Source: an uncultured Anaerolineae bacterium (GTDB taxonomy: Bacteria; Chloroflexota; Anaerolineae; VGOG01). From it: DNA of 31,902 nt. Positions 1 to 8,140 of the stretch are shown one piece after another. Within the stretch, counting starts at the first letter, position 1. Each line of letters opens with the position of its first letter. A program made the position numbers and the translations under genes. A model generated the notes under the pieces. That model had not been told where the DNA came from and ran no database searches. It saw nothing but the letters and a program-made list of their open reading frames with translations. The stretch lies in contig CAYNWI010000001.1 in the NCBI GenBank assembly GCA_964400825.1, positions 1,166-33,067 of the forward strand, given 5' to 3'.

Positions 1-432
1 GCCATGCATCACCCCTTCACCTCAGCTCTGGACGAAGACCTGCCTTTCCTGGAGACCGAGCCGGGCAGGGTGCGGGCCAAAGCCTACGACATCGTCTGCA
101 ACGGTGTGGAGATCGGCGGCGGCAGCATCAGGATTCACCGCCGTGAGATGCAGGAGAGGATGTTCCGCGCCCTGGGGCTTTCCAAAGAGAATGTGCAAGC
201 CGAGTTCGGTCACCTGCTGGAGGCTTTCGAGTACGGGGCTCCGCCGCACGGGGGCATTGCTCCGGGCATAGATCGCCTGGTGATGCTCCTGGCGGGCGAG
301 CACAACATCCGCGAGGTGATGGCCTTCCCAAAGACACAGCAAGCGATGGACCTTACATTTGGGTCTCCGTCGTCCATATCCGAGCGGCAGTTGGCGGAGC
401 TGCATCTGCGATTGGCGGACAATAAACCTTAA
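1..432 (+). CDS. aspS: Aspartate--tRNA ligase, C-terminal part (5' end outside window)
   Basis: [25 protein letters not shown] and class II motif 3 [17 protein letters not shown]; typical AspRS C-terminus. Confidence 0.95.
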   Translation, partial: AMHHPFTSALDEDLPFLETEPGRVRAKAYDIVCNGVEIGGGSIRIHRREMQERMFRALGLSKENVQAEFGHLLEAFEYGAPPHGGIAPGIDRLVMLLAGEHNIREVMAFPKTQQAMDLTFGSPSSISERQLAELHLRLADNKP

Positions 433-468
433 AACTTTGGCAGACAGCTTCCAAGCGACCAACTGAAT

Positions 469-497
469 TTGCCTTTTTTAGTGTTTTGTGGTAAGAT
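469..497 (+). promoter_or_regulatory. Sigma70-type promoter of the putative 6S RNA
   Basis: TTGCCT (469-474), 17 nt, TAAGAT (492-497), with extended -10 TG at 489-490. Confidence 0.7.
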
Positions 498-514
498 ATT
501 GGTGGCATGGTAAA

Positions 515-688
515 TACCCTGCTGTGTTCGTGATGCGTAGCGAGAGTTTTGAGCCAACACTTTGAGTGAAGGGGATTGGAACTCTGGAGGGGATGCGTTA
601 ACCAGCATAGGTGAGGCAGAACCAATAGGTAGATTCCCACCTGCGAAAGCAGGTTCAAGACACTGGTACCACACGGCACGGCGGGGAG
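515..688 (+). ncRNA. ssrS: Probable 6S RNA
   Basis: About 175 nt non-coding unit with own promoter and terminator; 5' CCCTGCTGTGTTCGTG (517-532) pairs with 3' CACGGCACGGCGGGG (672-686); GGTTCAAG near the 3' side; location downstream of aspS matches Bacillus 6S-1. Confidence 0.75.
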
Positions 689-700
689 TTTTGAAAAAGA

Positions 701-731
701 GCCACCAGGCTTTACCCTGGTGGTGTTTTTT
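701..731 (+). terminator. Intrinsic terminator
   Basis: GCCACCAGG/CCTGGTGGT stem, 6-nt loop, then GTTTTTT. Confidence 0.8.
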
Positions 732-748
732 ATGAGGGGGTTGTGAGC

Positions 749-1117
749 ATGAAGACCATAGCTTTGGTCGCGCACGATGGCAAGAAGGCCGATCTGGTGG
801 CCTTTGCCACTTTCAATCGCGAAAAACTGGCAGGATACCACCTGGTAGCCACGGGTACCACCGGCAAAATGTTGCAGGAGAAAGTGGGCCTGGAGGTGGA
901 ATGCGTTCTATCAGGTCCGTACGGGGGTGACGCACAGATCGCTGCCCGCGTGGCTGAAGGGGCCGTAGATGGCGTTTTCTTCTTGGTAGATCCCCTGGAT
1001 AAACATCCCCACGATCCTGACATTCAGACCCTCCTGCGGGCTTGCAACGTGCATAACGTGCCTATCGCCACTAACGTTGCCACCGCCGACTTGATTATTT
1101 CTACCAATGCCTTGTAA
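749..1117 (+). CDS. mgsA: Methylglyoxal synthase
   Basis: IALVAHD, ATGTTG, SGPYGGDAQI, DPLDKHPHDPD, ATNVATA motifs; ATG 749 fits the GAGGGG RBS better than GTG 743. Confidence 0.95.
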   Translation: MKTIALVAHDGKKADLVAFATFNREKLAGYHLVATGTTGKMLQEKVGLEVECVLSGPYGGDAQIAARVAEGAVDGVFFLVDPLDKHPHDPDIQTLLRACNVHNVPIATNVATADLIISTNAL

Positions 1118-1128
1118 AGGAGGCGTAT

Positions 1129-1962
1129 ATGCTGAGAGAGAGAGTTGCCGACGACATCTACGTCTTCACCAGCGATCTCTATATCAAAGTAACGGCTGGG
1201 GTCATCTTTACCTCGCAAGGGGTAGTCGTTATTGATACTCTGCTCTTTCCCCAGGAAACGAGCGAGCTTGTGGACCTCGTGCGGCGAAAGGCCCAAACCG
1301 GGGTGCTCTATGTGATCAACACCCAGTCCCACTCCGATCACGTTTACGGCACTTATCTTTTCAACGGGGCCGAGGTGATAGCCCACGAGCTCTGCCGCCA
1401 GGCTCTACAAAAGCGTGGTGAGGAAGACTTGTATGAGGCCCAGGACCGAATCCCTGAGCTGGCGGAGGTGCAACTGCGTTTGCCCTCCATCACCTTCAAC
1501 AAGGAGTTGACCCTTCGACTGGGCGACAAGACCCTGCGGTTGATGCACACGCCAGGCACCACGCCCGATTCGATAGTGGTTTACGTGAGAGAGGACAAGG
1601 TGCTCTTTGCTGGCGACACTGTTATGCCTGTGCCCTACATAGTGGATGGTGATCGCTTGGAGTTGATGGAATCCTTGCGAGCCGTCAGCAAGTTGAGCCT
1701 GGATAACATCGTGCAGGGACACGGCGGAGTACTCCTGAGAGGCGAGATTAGGGCGACCCTGAAGAGCAGCATCGCTTATCTGGCTACTATCTACGAAAAA
1801 GTGCGGGAGAAGGTAGAGGCCAGAGCGCTGCGGGATGAGCTCAGGCAAATAGGTATCGAAAGTTGTGGCAAGTCCCGCATCCCTCTCGACGGCCTGGTGC
1901 AGGACTTGCACCAGGCTAACTTAGAGGTTCTCTACGATCAATTGGTCTCTGGGGAGAGATGA
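1129..1962 (+). CDS. MBL-fold metallo-hydrolase (glyoxalase II/cyclase-like)
   Basis: VIDTL, NTQSHSDH (variant of HxHxDH), HTPGTT, LFAGD, VQGHG; GGAGG RBS. Confidence 0.85.
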   Translation: MLRERVADDIYVFTSDLYIKVTAGVIFTSQGVVVIDTLLFPQETSELVDLVRRKAQTGVLYVINTQSHSDHVYGTYLFNGAEVIAHELCRQALQKRGEEDLYEAQDRIPELAEVQLRLPSITFNKELTLRLGDKTLRLMHTPGTTPDSIVVYVREDKVLFAGDTVMPVPYIVDGDRLELMESLRAVSKLSLDNIVQGHGGVLLRGEIRATLKSSIAYLATIYEKVREKVEARALRDELRQIGIESCGKSRIPLDGLVQDLHQANLEVLYDQLVSGER

Positions 1963-1969
1963 GAGGCTT

Positions 1970-2077
1970 GTCATTGCGAGGCGCGCTCCCGTTCGCTGTG
2001 CTCAGGGCATGGTTTGCGCCGAAGCAATCCCCAATTCGCGGGGTGGAGGGAGATTGCTTCGCTCCGCTCGCAATGAC
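1970..2077. repeat. REP/MITE-like nested palindrome
   Basis: Outer IR GTCATTGCGAG (1970-1980)/CTCGCAATGAC (2067-2077); inner IR CGAAGCAATC (2020-2029)/GATTGCTTCG (2052-2061). Confidence 0.8.
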
Positions 2078-2095
2078 AGTCCGGGGGGGCCAGCG

Positions 2096-2659
2096 ATGAA
2101 GGCCGTGGGTGAGATTTTGGCAGCTATTTCTGCTTTGAGCGAGGCAGAGAAGAGAGATCTCTTGGAAGAGCTTTCCGTCATGGACGAATTCACAGGTGGG
2201 TTGCCCGAAGCTCGCAAACCTGCGCTGGCCTTCGACGCTGGTCAGTTGGAGGGCCGGCCCGATTACGTTTTGGTCTTCGATGGGGGGAGCCTGGGCAACC
2301 CCGGCCCTGGCTATGGCAGTTACGCCTTGATCAGAGCCAGCGATGGCAAAGAGAAGGTGGTGCGACTCGATTTCGACGGGGAGATGACCAACAACGAGGC
2401 GGAGTATGACACGCTGATCGCTGGCCTGAGTGATCTAGTCCAGCGGCTGGTGGAGGAAGAACGGAATCCCTTAGAATTCTCCATCGAAGTGAGGGGTGAT
2501 AGCGGCCTGGTCATCAATCAGGTGAGCGGGGGCTGGAAGGCCAGGGACGAGCGCATGAGGGTTCGACGCAACCAGGCGCGAGAACTGCTGAGCCGGTTTG
2601 CTGCTTTCCGACTGGTGCTTCAGCCCCGCCAGGAGAGCGTGAGGATATTGGGGCATTAA
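2096..2659 (+). CDS. rnhA: Ribonuclease HI family protein
   Basis: FDGGSLGNPGPG, TNNEAEY, GDSGLVINQV, WKARD; the upstream ORF extension runs through the REP, so ATG 2096 chosen. Confidence 0.85.
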   Translation: MKAVGEILAAISALSEAEKRDLLEELSVMDEFTGGLPEARKPALAFDAGQLEGRPDYVLVFDGGSLGNPGPGYGSYALIRASDGKEKVVRLDFDGEMTNNEAEYDTLIAGLSDLVQRLVEEERNPLEFSIEVRGDSGLVINQVSGGWKARDERMRVRRNQARELLSRFAAFRLVLQPRQESVRILGH

Positions 2660-2660
2660 C

Positions 2661-2689
2661 TTGACAAATCGCTGTTTCTGTGTTATATT
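2661..2689 (+). promoter_or_regulatory. Sigma70-type promoter of the T-box leader
   Basis: TTGACA (2661-2666), 17 nt, TATATT (2684-2689), TG extension. Confidence 0.85.
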
Positions 2690-2700
2690 CTTTGCAAGAG

Positions 2701-2965
2701 TGATGATGGAGACGAGTAGGTGAGGGGTAACGTCCAGAGAGTCCGGGTCAGGTGGGAGCCGGATGCGGGAACCTCGCCGAAAATCCCTCCGGAGCTGCTA
2801 ACTGAACAGTTGATATATTTAACTCAGTAAACTTGGCCGGGCTTGTCCTCCGTTACACGGACGGGGGTATGAATACGTACCTCACAGAGTGGGCGGCAAC
2901 GCTAATTGGGGTGGTACCGCGGGAGTCCAGGCTCTCGTCCCTTGGGGATGAGAGTTTTTTGTTTT
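2701..2965 (+). promoter_or_regulatory. T-box riboswitch, Ile (ATC) specifier
   Basis: Stem I GA/AG motifs (GAGACGAGTA, AGAGAG, GGTGGGAGCC); specifier GAAA-ATC (2783-2785); T-box AATTGGGGTGGTACCGCG (2904-2921); terminator CTCTCGTCCC/GGGATGAGAG plus U-tract (2932-2965); ileS downstream. Confidence 0.92.
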
Positions 2966-2979
2966 ACGGGAGGTAGGTT

Positions 2980-3453
2980 ATGTCGCAGGTAGTCATCCGT
3001 CGGGCAACTCGGAAAGACGTAGGGGGAATCCTACCTCTCTGGAGTGAGATGATGGATCATCACGCTGAGCTGGATGCGCGGTTTCGGCCTGCGCCTGATG
3101 GGGAGGAGCACTGGGCAGAGATCCTCCGCGATTGGCTTAGAGACGATGGGGCTTGCGTCCTGGTCGCTGATGCCGAAGGGCAACTGGTGGGCTACATCAT
3201 CGGTCTGATGCGTGAGAATCCGCCTGTGCTCCTGCCGTCCACCTATGGCCTCGTCTCCGACATCTGCGTGCGCCCGGCCTGGCGCCGGCAGGGCATCGGC
3301 CGCCGCCTCTTCGAGGCCCTGAAGGATTGGTTCAGGGAGAAGGAGCTTTTTACTGTGCAGCTCAACGTGGCCCACTTCAACCCCGTCTCTCAGGCCTTCT
3401 GGCGGGCGGTAGGATGCCAGGATTTCATGGATCGTCTGTGGTTTGAGCTTTAG
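2980..3453 (+). CDS. GNAT family N-acetyltransferase
   Basis: Acetyl-CoA motif A VRPAWRRQGIGRRL; GGAGGT RBS; 157 aa. Confidence 0.9.
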   Translation: MSQVVIRRATRKDVGGILPLWSEMMDHHAELDARFRPAPDGEEHWAEILRDWLRDDGACVLVADAEGQLVGYIIGLMRENPPVLLPSTYGLVSDICVRPAWRRQGIGRRLFEALKDWFREKELFTVQLNVAHFNPVSQAFWRAVGCQDFMDRLWFEL

Positions 3454-3467
3454 AGGCTCTTTCGAAG

Positions 3468-3674
3468 GTGCTCCAAATCCCCGATCTCATCCGCACCAAG
3501 ATCAACCTGTTGCCGGAGAGCATCCGCGAGGTGGAGATCGAGGGCTTGGACATGCAGGCCGACGGCGGCACTCACGTGGCCAACACCCGCGAGGTGGGGA
3601 CGATCCACGTGGTGGGCCACGAGAGCAAAGGCCGCATCAACAAGCGGTTGCGGATTGCGTTGGAAGAGAGATAA
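3468..3674 (+). pseudogene. C-terminal fragment of an AlaX-type alanyl-tRNA editing protein
   Basis: IPDLIRTKINLLP...GLDMQADGGTHVANTREVG...SKGRINKRLRI matches the tRNA_SAD C-terminus; no N-terminal HxxxH half; in-frame TGA at 3444-3446; no clear RBS. Confidence 0.75.
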
Positions 3675-3690
3675 TTTGGGAGGCGAAATC

Positions 3691-6600
3691 ATGTTCAAAG
3701 AAGTAGCTAGCAAAGTCAACTTTCCCGAGATGGAGGAGGGTGTCCTCCGTTTCTGGAAAGAGAACAACGTTTTCGAGAAGAGCCTGGAGATTCGCCGGGA
3801 TGCCCCTCGCTACATTTTTTACGAAGGCCCTCCCACAGCCAATGGCCTGCCTGGCATTCACCACGTGCTGGCTCGGGTGTTCAAAGATCTCTTCCCCCGC
3901 TACAGGACGATGAAGGGCTACTACGTCCTGCGAAAGGGCGGCTGGGATACCCACGGCCTGCCGGTCGAACTGGAGATCGAGAAGGAGCTGAGCCTCAACA
4001 GCAAGCAGGCCATCGAGGAGTATGGCGTGGTTGAGTTCAACGCCCACTGCCGGGAGAGCGTCTTCCGCTACGTCAGGGAGTGGGAGGAACTGACCGACCG
4101 CATCGGCTTCTGGATTGACATGGATGACCCCTATATCACCCTGAAGAACGAATACATCGAATCGGTGTGGTGGATCCTCAAGCAGTTGTGGGATAAAGAC
4201 CTCATCTACCAGGGCTATAAAGTTGTACCTTATTGCCCTCGCTGTGGCACGCCCCTCTCCTCGCACGAGCAACACTATCCCGGGGCGATGCATGAGACTG
4301 ATGACCCTTCTATCTACGTCAAGTTCCCCGTGTGGGATGAGCCTGGGACCTACTTTCTGGTTTGGACCACTACTCCCTGGACGCTGCCTGGCAACGTGGC
4401 CCTGGCCGTCCATCCCCAGATCGAGTACGTCATGGTGGAGCAGGAAAGGGAGGGCGAGAAGGAGCGGCTGATCCTGGCCCAAGAGCTGCTGGACGAGGTA
4501 CTGGATGGTCCCTACGAGGTTGTGCGAAGCGTACCAGGTAAGGAACTGCTGAAGATGCACTATCAGCCCCTGTTCACTTTTCTGCCGGTGGAGAAGGACT
4601 ATTGCTACGTGGTTCCTGGCGACTTCGTGAACACCAAGGAGGGCACGGGCGTGGTGCACATCGCACCCGCCTTCGGCGCAGAGGACCTGGAGGTGGGCCA
4701 GGAGTACGATCTGCCCGTGCTGCATACCGTTGACCTGCGCGGCGCTTTCATTGACGATGTTACCCCCTGGCGGGGACTGTTCGTCAAAGATGCTGATCCC
4801 CTGATCGTCGAGGATTTGCAGGGGCGCGGGCTGATGTACAAAGTGGGGACCTATCGCCACGTCTACCCCTTCTGCTGGCGCTGTAAGACCCCTCTTTTAT
4901 ACTACGCCAAGGCTACCTGGTACATCGAGACTACCCGCTACCGGGACGAGTTGGTGAATCTCAATCGCCAGATCAATTGGTACCCGGAGCACATCCGCGA
5001 TGGCCGCTTTGGCAACTGGCTGGAAAACAACGTGGACTGGGCCCTGGGCCGCGAGCGCTACTGGGGAACGCCTTTGCCCGTCTGGGTTTGCGAGGAATGT
5101 GGGCGGCAGGAGTGTATCGGAAGTGTCGAGGAACTGCAATCCAAGGTTTCAGGTTTCAGGTTTCAGGTTCCAGGTTCTGGTGAAAACCTGCAACCTGCAA
5201 CCTACAACCTCGAACAATTGGATCTTCACCGTCCTTACATTGACGCTGTCACCTACCGCTGCCCGGACTGCGATGGCACCATGCGGCGCGTACCTGAGGT
5301 GATAGATACCTGGTTCGACTCAGGCTCTATGCCTGTGGCTCAGTGGCACTACCCCTTCGCCAACCGGGAGATGTTCGAGGAGCAGTTCCCGGCCGATTTT
5401 ATCTGCGAGGCGGTGGACCAGACCAGAGGGTGGTTCTATAGCCTGCACGCTATCTCTACCTTGCTGTTCAACGAGCCTTGTTTCAGGAATTGCGTGTGCC
5501 TGGGTCTGATCCTGGACGCCGAGGGCGAGAAGATGTCCAAGACCAGAGGCAACGTGGTGGATCCCTGGACGGTGCTAAACGCCCACGGCGCCGATGCCCT
5601 GCGCTGGTATCTATACACCGCCACCCCGCCGGGCAACGACCGCCGCTTCTCCGTCGAGCTGGTAGGTGAGGTGATCCGCACCTTCATGCTGACCCTGTGG
5701 AACGTGTATTCCTTCTTTGTGACCTATGCCAACATTGACGGCTGGCAACCGACGCGTAGATTCGTAACCCGTGAATCCGTAGATTTGGGTATTGACGAGC
5801 CTACGAATCCCGAGGTCACGAGTCTGCCCGACCTTGACCGCTGGATCCTGTCCGAACTGCACCTGCTCGTCCAGCGCGTCACCGATGCCCTGGAAAACTA
5901 CGACGTGACCGGTGCCGCGCGGCCCTTCCAGCGCTTCGTGGATGACCTCTCCAACTGGTACGTGCGCCTCAGCCGCCGCCGCTTCTGGAAGAGCGAGGAG
6001 GACGAGGACAAGGCAGCCGCCTACTACACTCTCTACGAGTGCCTGACTACCCTGTCCAAACTGCTGGCTCCGTTCATGCCCTTCATCGCCGAGGAGATGT
6101 ACCAGAATCTGTCGAGGAGCGTTGACGCGACAGCGCCGGAAAGCGTCCATCTCTGCGGCTACCCCCAGGCCGATGTAGCTCTCATAGATGAGCAGTTGGT
6201 GGAGGATACGCGGCTGGTCATGCGTCTGGTGAGCCTGGGGCACGGAGCCCGCAACCGCGCCGGCCTCAAACTGCGGCAGCCTCTGGCCCAGGCCCTGTTC
6301 AAAGTGCGGAGCGAAAGCGAGGTCGAGTCCCTGCGCCGCCTGGCCGATCAGGTGCTGGATGAGCTTAACGTGAAAGAGTTGGTCTTCTTGGAGGACGCTG
6401 GTCAGGTGGTTGATTACCATGTAATCCCTCTGCCGCGTCTCTTGGGCAAGAAGTATGGCGCCCTGTTCCCCAAGGTTCGGGCGGCCCTGGCCGAGTTGGA
6501 CCAGGCTGAGCTGGCCCGGCGCGTGCAGGCTGGTGAGACCGTCGCGCTGGACATCGTCGGGCAGACCGTGAATCTTCTGCCGGAGGAGTTAGAGGTGCGA

Positions 6601-6948
6601 ACCGAGGCCAGAGAGGGCTACGCCGTGGCTGAGGAGGCCGGTTACCTGGCGGCCGTCAGCACTGCCCTCGATGAGCACCTGATCCGGGAGGGTCTGGCGC
6701 GGGAGCTGGTGCGCCGCATCCAGACCATGCGGAAAGAGGCCGGCTTCTGCGTCGAAGATCGCGTCGCTACCTACTACCGGCCCGGCCCGGCCCTGCGGGA
6801 GGTGTTGGAAACCCTCGGCGACTACATCCAGGGCGAGACCCTCTCCGCAGAGTTGGTCGAAGGCGCACTGCCAGATGGAGCTTATGCCCAGACCTTCGAA
6901 ATCGAGGGTGAGGAGATCACTCTGGGTCTGGTAAAGTTTGAGCTTTGA
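3691..6948 (+). CDS. ileS: Isoleucine--tRNA ligase, type 2
   Basis: FYEGPPTANGLPGIHH, GWDTHGLP, WTTTPWTLP, FICEAVDQTRGWF, KMSKT; ATG 3691 follows GGAGG; upstream Ile T-box. Confidence 0.97.
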   Translation: MFKEVASKVNFPEMEEGVLRFWKENNVFEKSLEIRRDAPRYIFYEGPPTANGLPGIHHVLARVFKDLFPRYRTMKGYYVLRKGGWDTHGLPVELEIEKELSLNSKQAIEEYGVVEFNAHCRESVFRYVREWEELTDRIGFWIDMDDPYITLKNEYIESVWWILKQLWDKDLIYQGYKVVPYCPRCGTPLSSHEQHYPGAMHETDDPSIYVKFPVWDEPGTYFLVWTTTPWTLPGNVALAVHPQIEYVMVEQEREGEKERLILAQELLDEVLDGPYEVVRSVPGKELLKMHYQPLFTFLPVEKDYCYVVPGDFVNTKEGTGVVHIAPAFGAEDLEVGQEYDLPVLHTVDLRGAFIDDVTPWRGLFVKDADPLIVEDLQGRGLMYKVGTYRHVYPFCWRCKTPLLYYAKATWYIETTRYRDELVNLNRQINWYPEHIRDGRFGNWLENNVDWALGRERYWGTPLPVWVCEECGRQECIGSVEELQSKVSGFRFQVPGSGENLQPATYNLEQLDLHRPYIDAVTYRCPDCDGTMRRVPEVIDTWFDSGSMPVAQWHYPFANREMFEEQFPADFICEAVDQTRGWFYSLHAISTLLFNEPCFRNCVCLGLILDAEGEKMSKTRGNVVDPWTVLNAHGADALRWYLYTATPPGNDRRFSVELVGEVIRTFMLTLWNVYSFFVTYANIDGWQPTRRFVTRESVDLGIDEPTNPEVTSLPDLDRWILSELHLLVQRVTDALENYDVTGAARPFQRFVDDLSNWYVRLSRRRFWKSEEDEDKAAAYYTLYECLTTLSKLLAPFMPFIAEEMYQNLSRSVDATAPESVHLCGYPQADVALIDEQLVEDTRLVMRLVSLGHGARNRAGLKLRQPLAQALFKVRSESEVESLRRLADQVLDELNVKELVFLEDAGQVVDYHVIPLPRLLGKKYGALFPKVRAALAELDQAELARRVQAGETVALDIVGQTVNLLPEELEVRTEAREGYAVAEEAGYLAAVSTALDEHLIREGLARELVRRIQTMRKEAGFCVEDRVATYYRPGPALREVLETLGDYIQGETLSAELVEGALPDGAYAQTFEIEGEEITLGLVKFEL
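5144..5215. repeat. In-frame heptamer palindrome inside ileS
   Basis: 5x AGGTT(TC/CC/CT) (5144-5178), then 4x AACCT(GC/AC/CG) (5185-5212); the arms are complementary. Confidence 0.85.
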
Positions 6949-6964
6949 GGTTTGAAGTTCAGAT
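6937..6964 (+). repeat. Heptamer tandem repeat (TTTGAGC type) containing the ileS stop
   Basis: TTTGAGC TTTGAGG TTTGAAG TTCAGAT; TGA at 6946-6948. Confidence 0.7.
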
Positions 6965-6968
6965 TGAT

Positions 6969-6997
6969 TTGCTTTTTTAGTGACAATCGAGTAAAAT
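6969..6997 (+). promoter_or_regulatory. Sigma70-type promoter
   Basis: TTGCTT (6969-6974), 17 nt, TAAAAT (6992-6997). Confidence 0.65.
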
Positions 6998-7039
6998 AGG
7001 TTCCGAGTCAGCCTGATAGTGAAATGGGAGGAGGTTGTG

Positions 7040-7417
7040 ATGGGTAGGGCTGATGAATCGTTCAGAAAACGGCTCGAAGAGGAGCGCGAACACCTCGAAG
7101 CAGATCTGGAGCGGTTAGGGGTGACGGAGCAGGACAACCCTGGCTACAGCACCCACATAGCCGACGATGCTACTGAGGTCTTGGAGAACGCCCAGAACCA
7201 CGCCTTGCGTCGTAATCTGCAGCGACTCCTGGACCAGGTGAACGATGCCCTGGCGAAATTTGATAAAGGCACCTATGGACTGTGCGAGGACTGTGGCGGT
7301 AAGATAGATCGTGCTCGTTTGAAGGCTCTTCCTTACGCTACCTTGTGCATCCAGTGTCAGAAGCAACGCGAGAGATCCGCGAGAAATCACAAGGGGAGTT
7401 TGCCTTTTGCTTCGTGA
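7040..7417 (+). CDS. TraR/DksA C4-type zinc finger protein
   Basis: Coiled coil with HIADDATE, GTYGLCEDCG...LCIQC; GGAGGAGG RBS before ATG 7040. Confidence 0.9.
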   Translation: MGRADESFRKRLEEEREHLEADLERLGVTEQDNPGYSTHIADDATEVLENAQNHALRRNLQRLLDQVNDALAKFDKGTYGLCEDCGGKIDRARLKALPYATLCIQCQKQRERSARNHKGSLPFAS

Positions 7418-7901
7418 GAATAAGTGGAGAGGGTTCCTCTTGCCAGTGGTTGCCGTCCTCACCCTGGTGCTTGACCAGATCAGCAAGCGCTTGGTGATGA
7501 CTAACTTTAGCCCGGGCGAGTCCTGGAATCCCGTGGCCGCTCTGGAGCGCTGGGTTAGCCTGACCTACGTGACGAACACGGGAGCGGTCTTTGGACTGTT
7601 TCCTGATTACGGGGGCATATTCATGGTCATCGCCGTGGTGGTGGTAGTGGTCATCGTCGTCTACTACCGCTACTTGCCGGGCAACCAGTGGTTAGTTCAG
7701 GCCAGCCTGGGCTTGCAGTTGGGCGGGGCGCTGGGCAACTTGCTGGATCGTCTGAGCCACGGTTACGTCATAGATTTCATTGACTTCAAGGTCTGGCCCG
7801 TCTTCAACGTGGCCGACAGTTCCGTCTTCGTAGGGGTGGTGATTCTGGCCTATTATCTCTTGCGTCATGGCGAGGATTGGGGATTAGAGATTAGAGATTA
7901 G
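7407..7901 (+). CDS. lspA: Signal peptidase II
   Basis: LDQISK, NTGAVFG, GALGNLLDR, VIDFI, FNVAD; transmembrane stretches. Confidence 0.95.
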   Translation: MLRENKWRGFLLPVVAVLTLVLDQISKRLVMTNFSPGESWNPVAALERWVSLTYVTNTGAVFGLFPDYGGIFMVIAVVVVVVIVVYYRYLPGNQWLVQASLGLQLGGALGNLLDRLSHGYVIDFIDFKVWPVFNVADSSVFVGVVILAYYLLRHGEDWGLEIRD

Positions 7902-7909
7902 AGACTAGA
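7875..7909 (+). repeat. Heptamer tandem repeat (GATTAGA) containing the lspA stop
   Basis: GATTGGG GATTAGA GATTAGA GATTAGA GACTAGA; TAG at 7899-7901. Confidence 0.85.
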
Positions 7910-7918
7910 GGAAGTGGG

Positions 7919-8140
7919 ATGATAAACTATGAAGTCGTCTTAATTCCAGCGGAAGAAGGTGGATACACAGTGGTGGCCCCTGCCCTTCCAGGATGCATAT
8001 CGGAGGGTGATACGGAGGAGGAGGCCTTGGAGAACATCAAGGATGCTATTCAAGGCTGGCTGCTTGTTGCGAAGAAGCATAGCCTTTACGTCCCCGACCT
8101 TGGTGAAGTCAAGATCGCCATGGTGGGAGTGCCGGCGTGA
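7919..8140 (+). CDS. hicB: HicB family antitoxin (short form)
   Basis: EEGGYTVVAPALPGCISEGDTEEEALENIKDAI. Confidence 0.9.
   Translation: MINYEVVLIPAEEGGYTVVAPALPGCISEGDTEEEALENIKDAIQGWLLVAKKHSLYVPDLGEVKIAMVGVPA

Noticed and set aside
2009-2095. N-terminal extensions in the ORF track for rnhA (2009), ileS (3655), purB (11739), ligase 2 (16959) and nusA (28297)
   Set aside because: They run through repeats, leaders or neighbouring genes; better RBS-start pairs lie downstream where homology begins
3637-6420. Long antisense ORFs opposite ileS (e.g. 3637-4860, 5611-6420) and similar shadows over purB, kamA, rtcB, infB and nusA
   Set aside because: No recognisable motifs or RBS; expected shadows of GC-rich codon usage on the opposite strand
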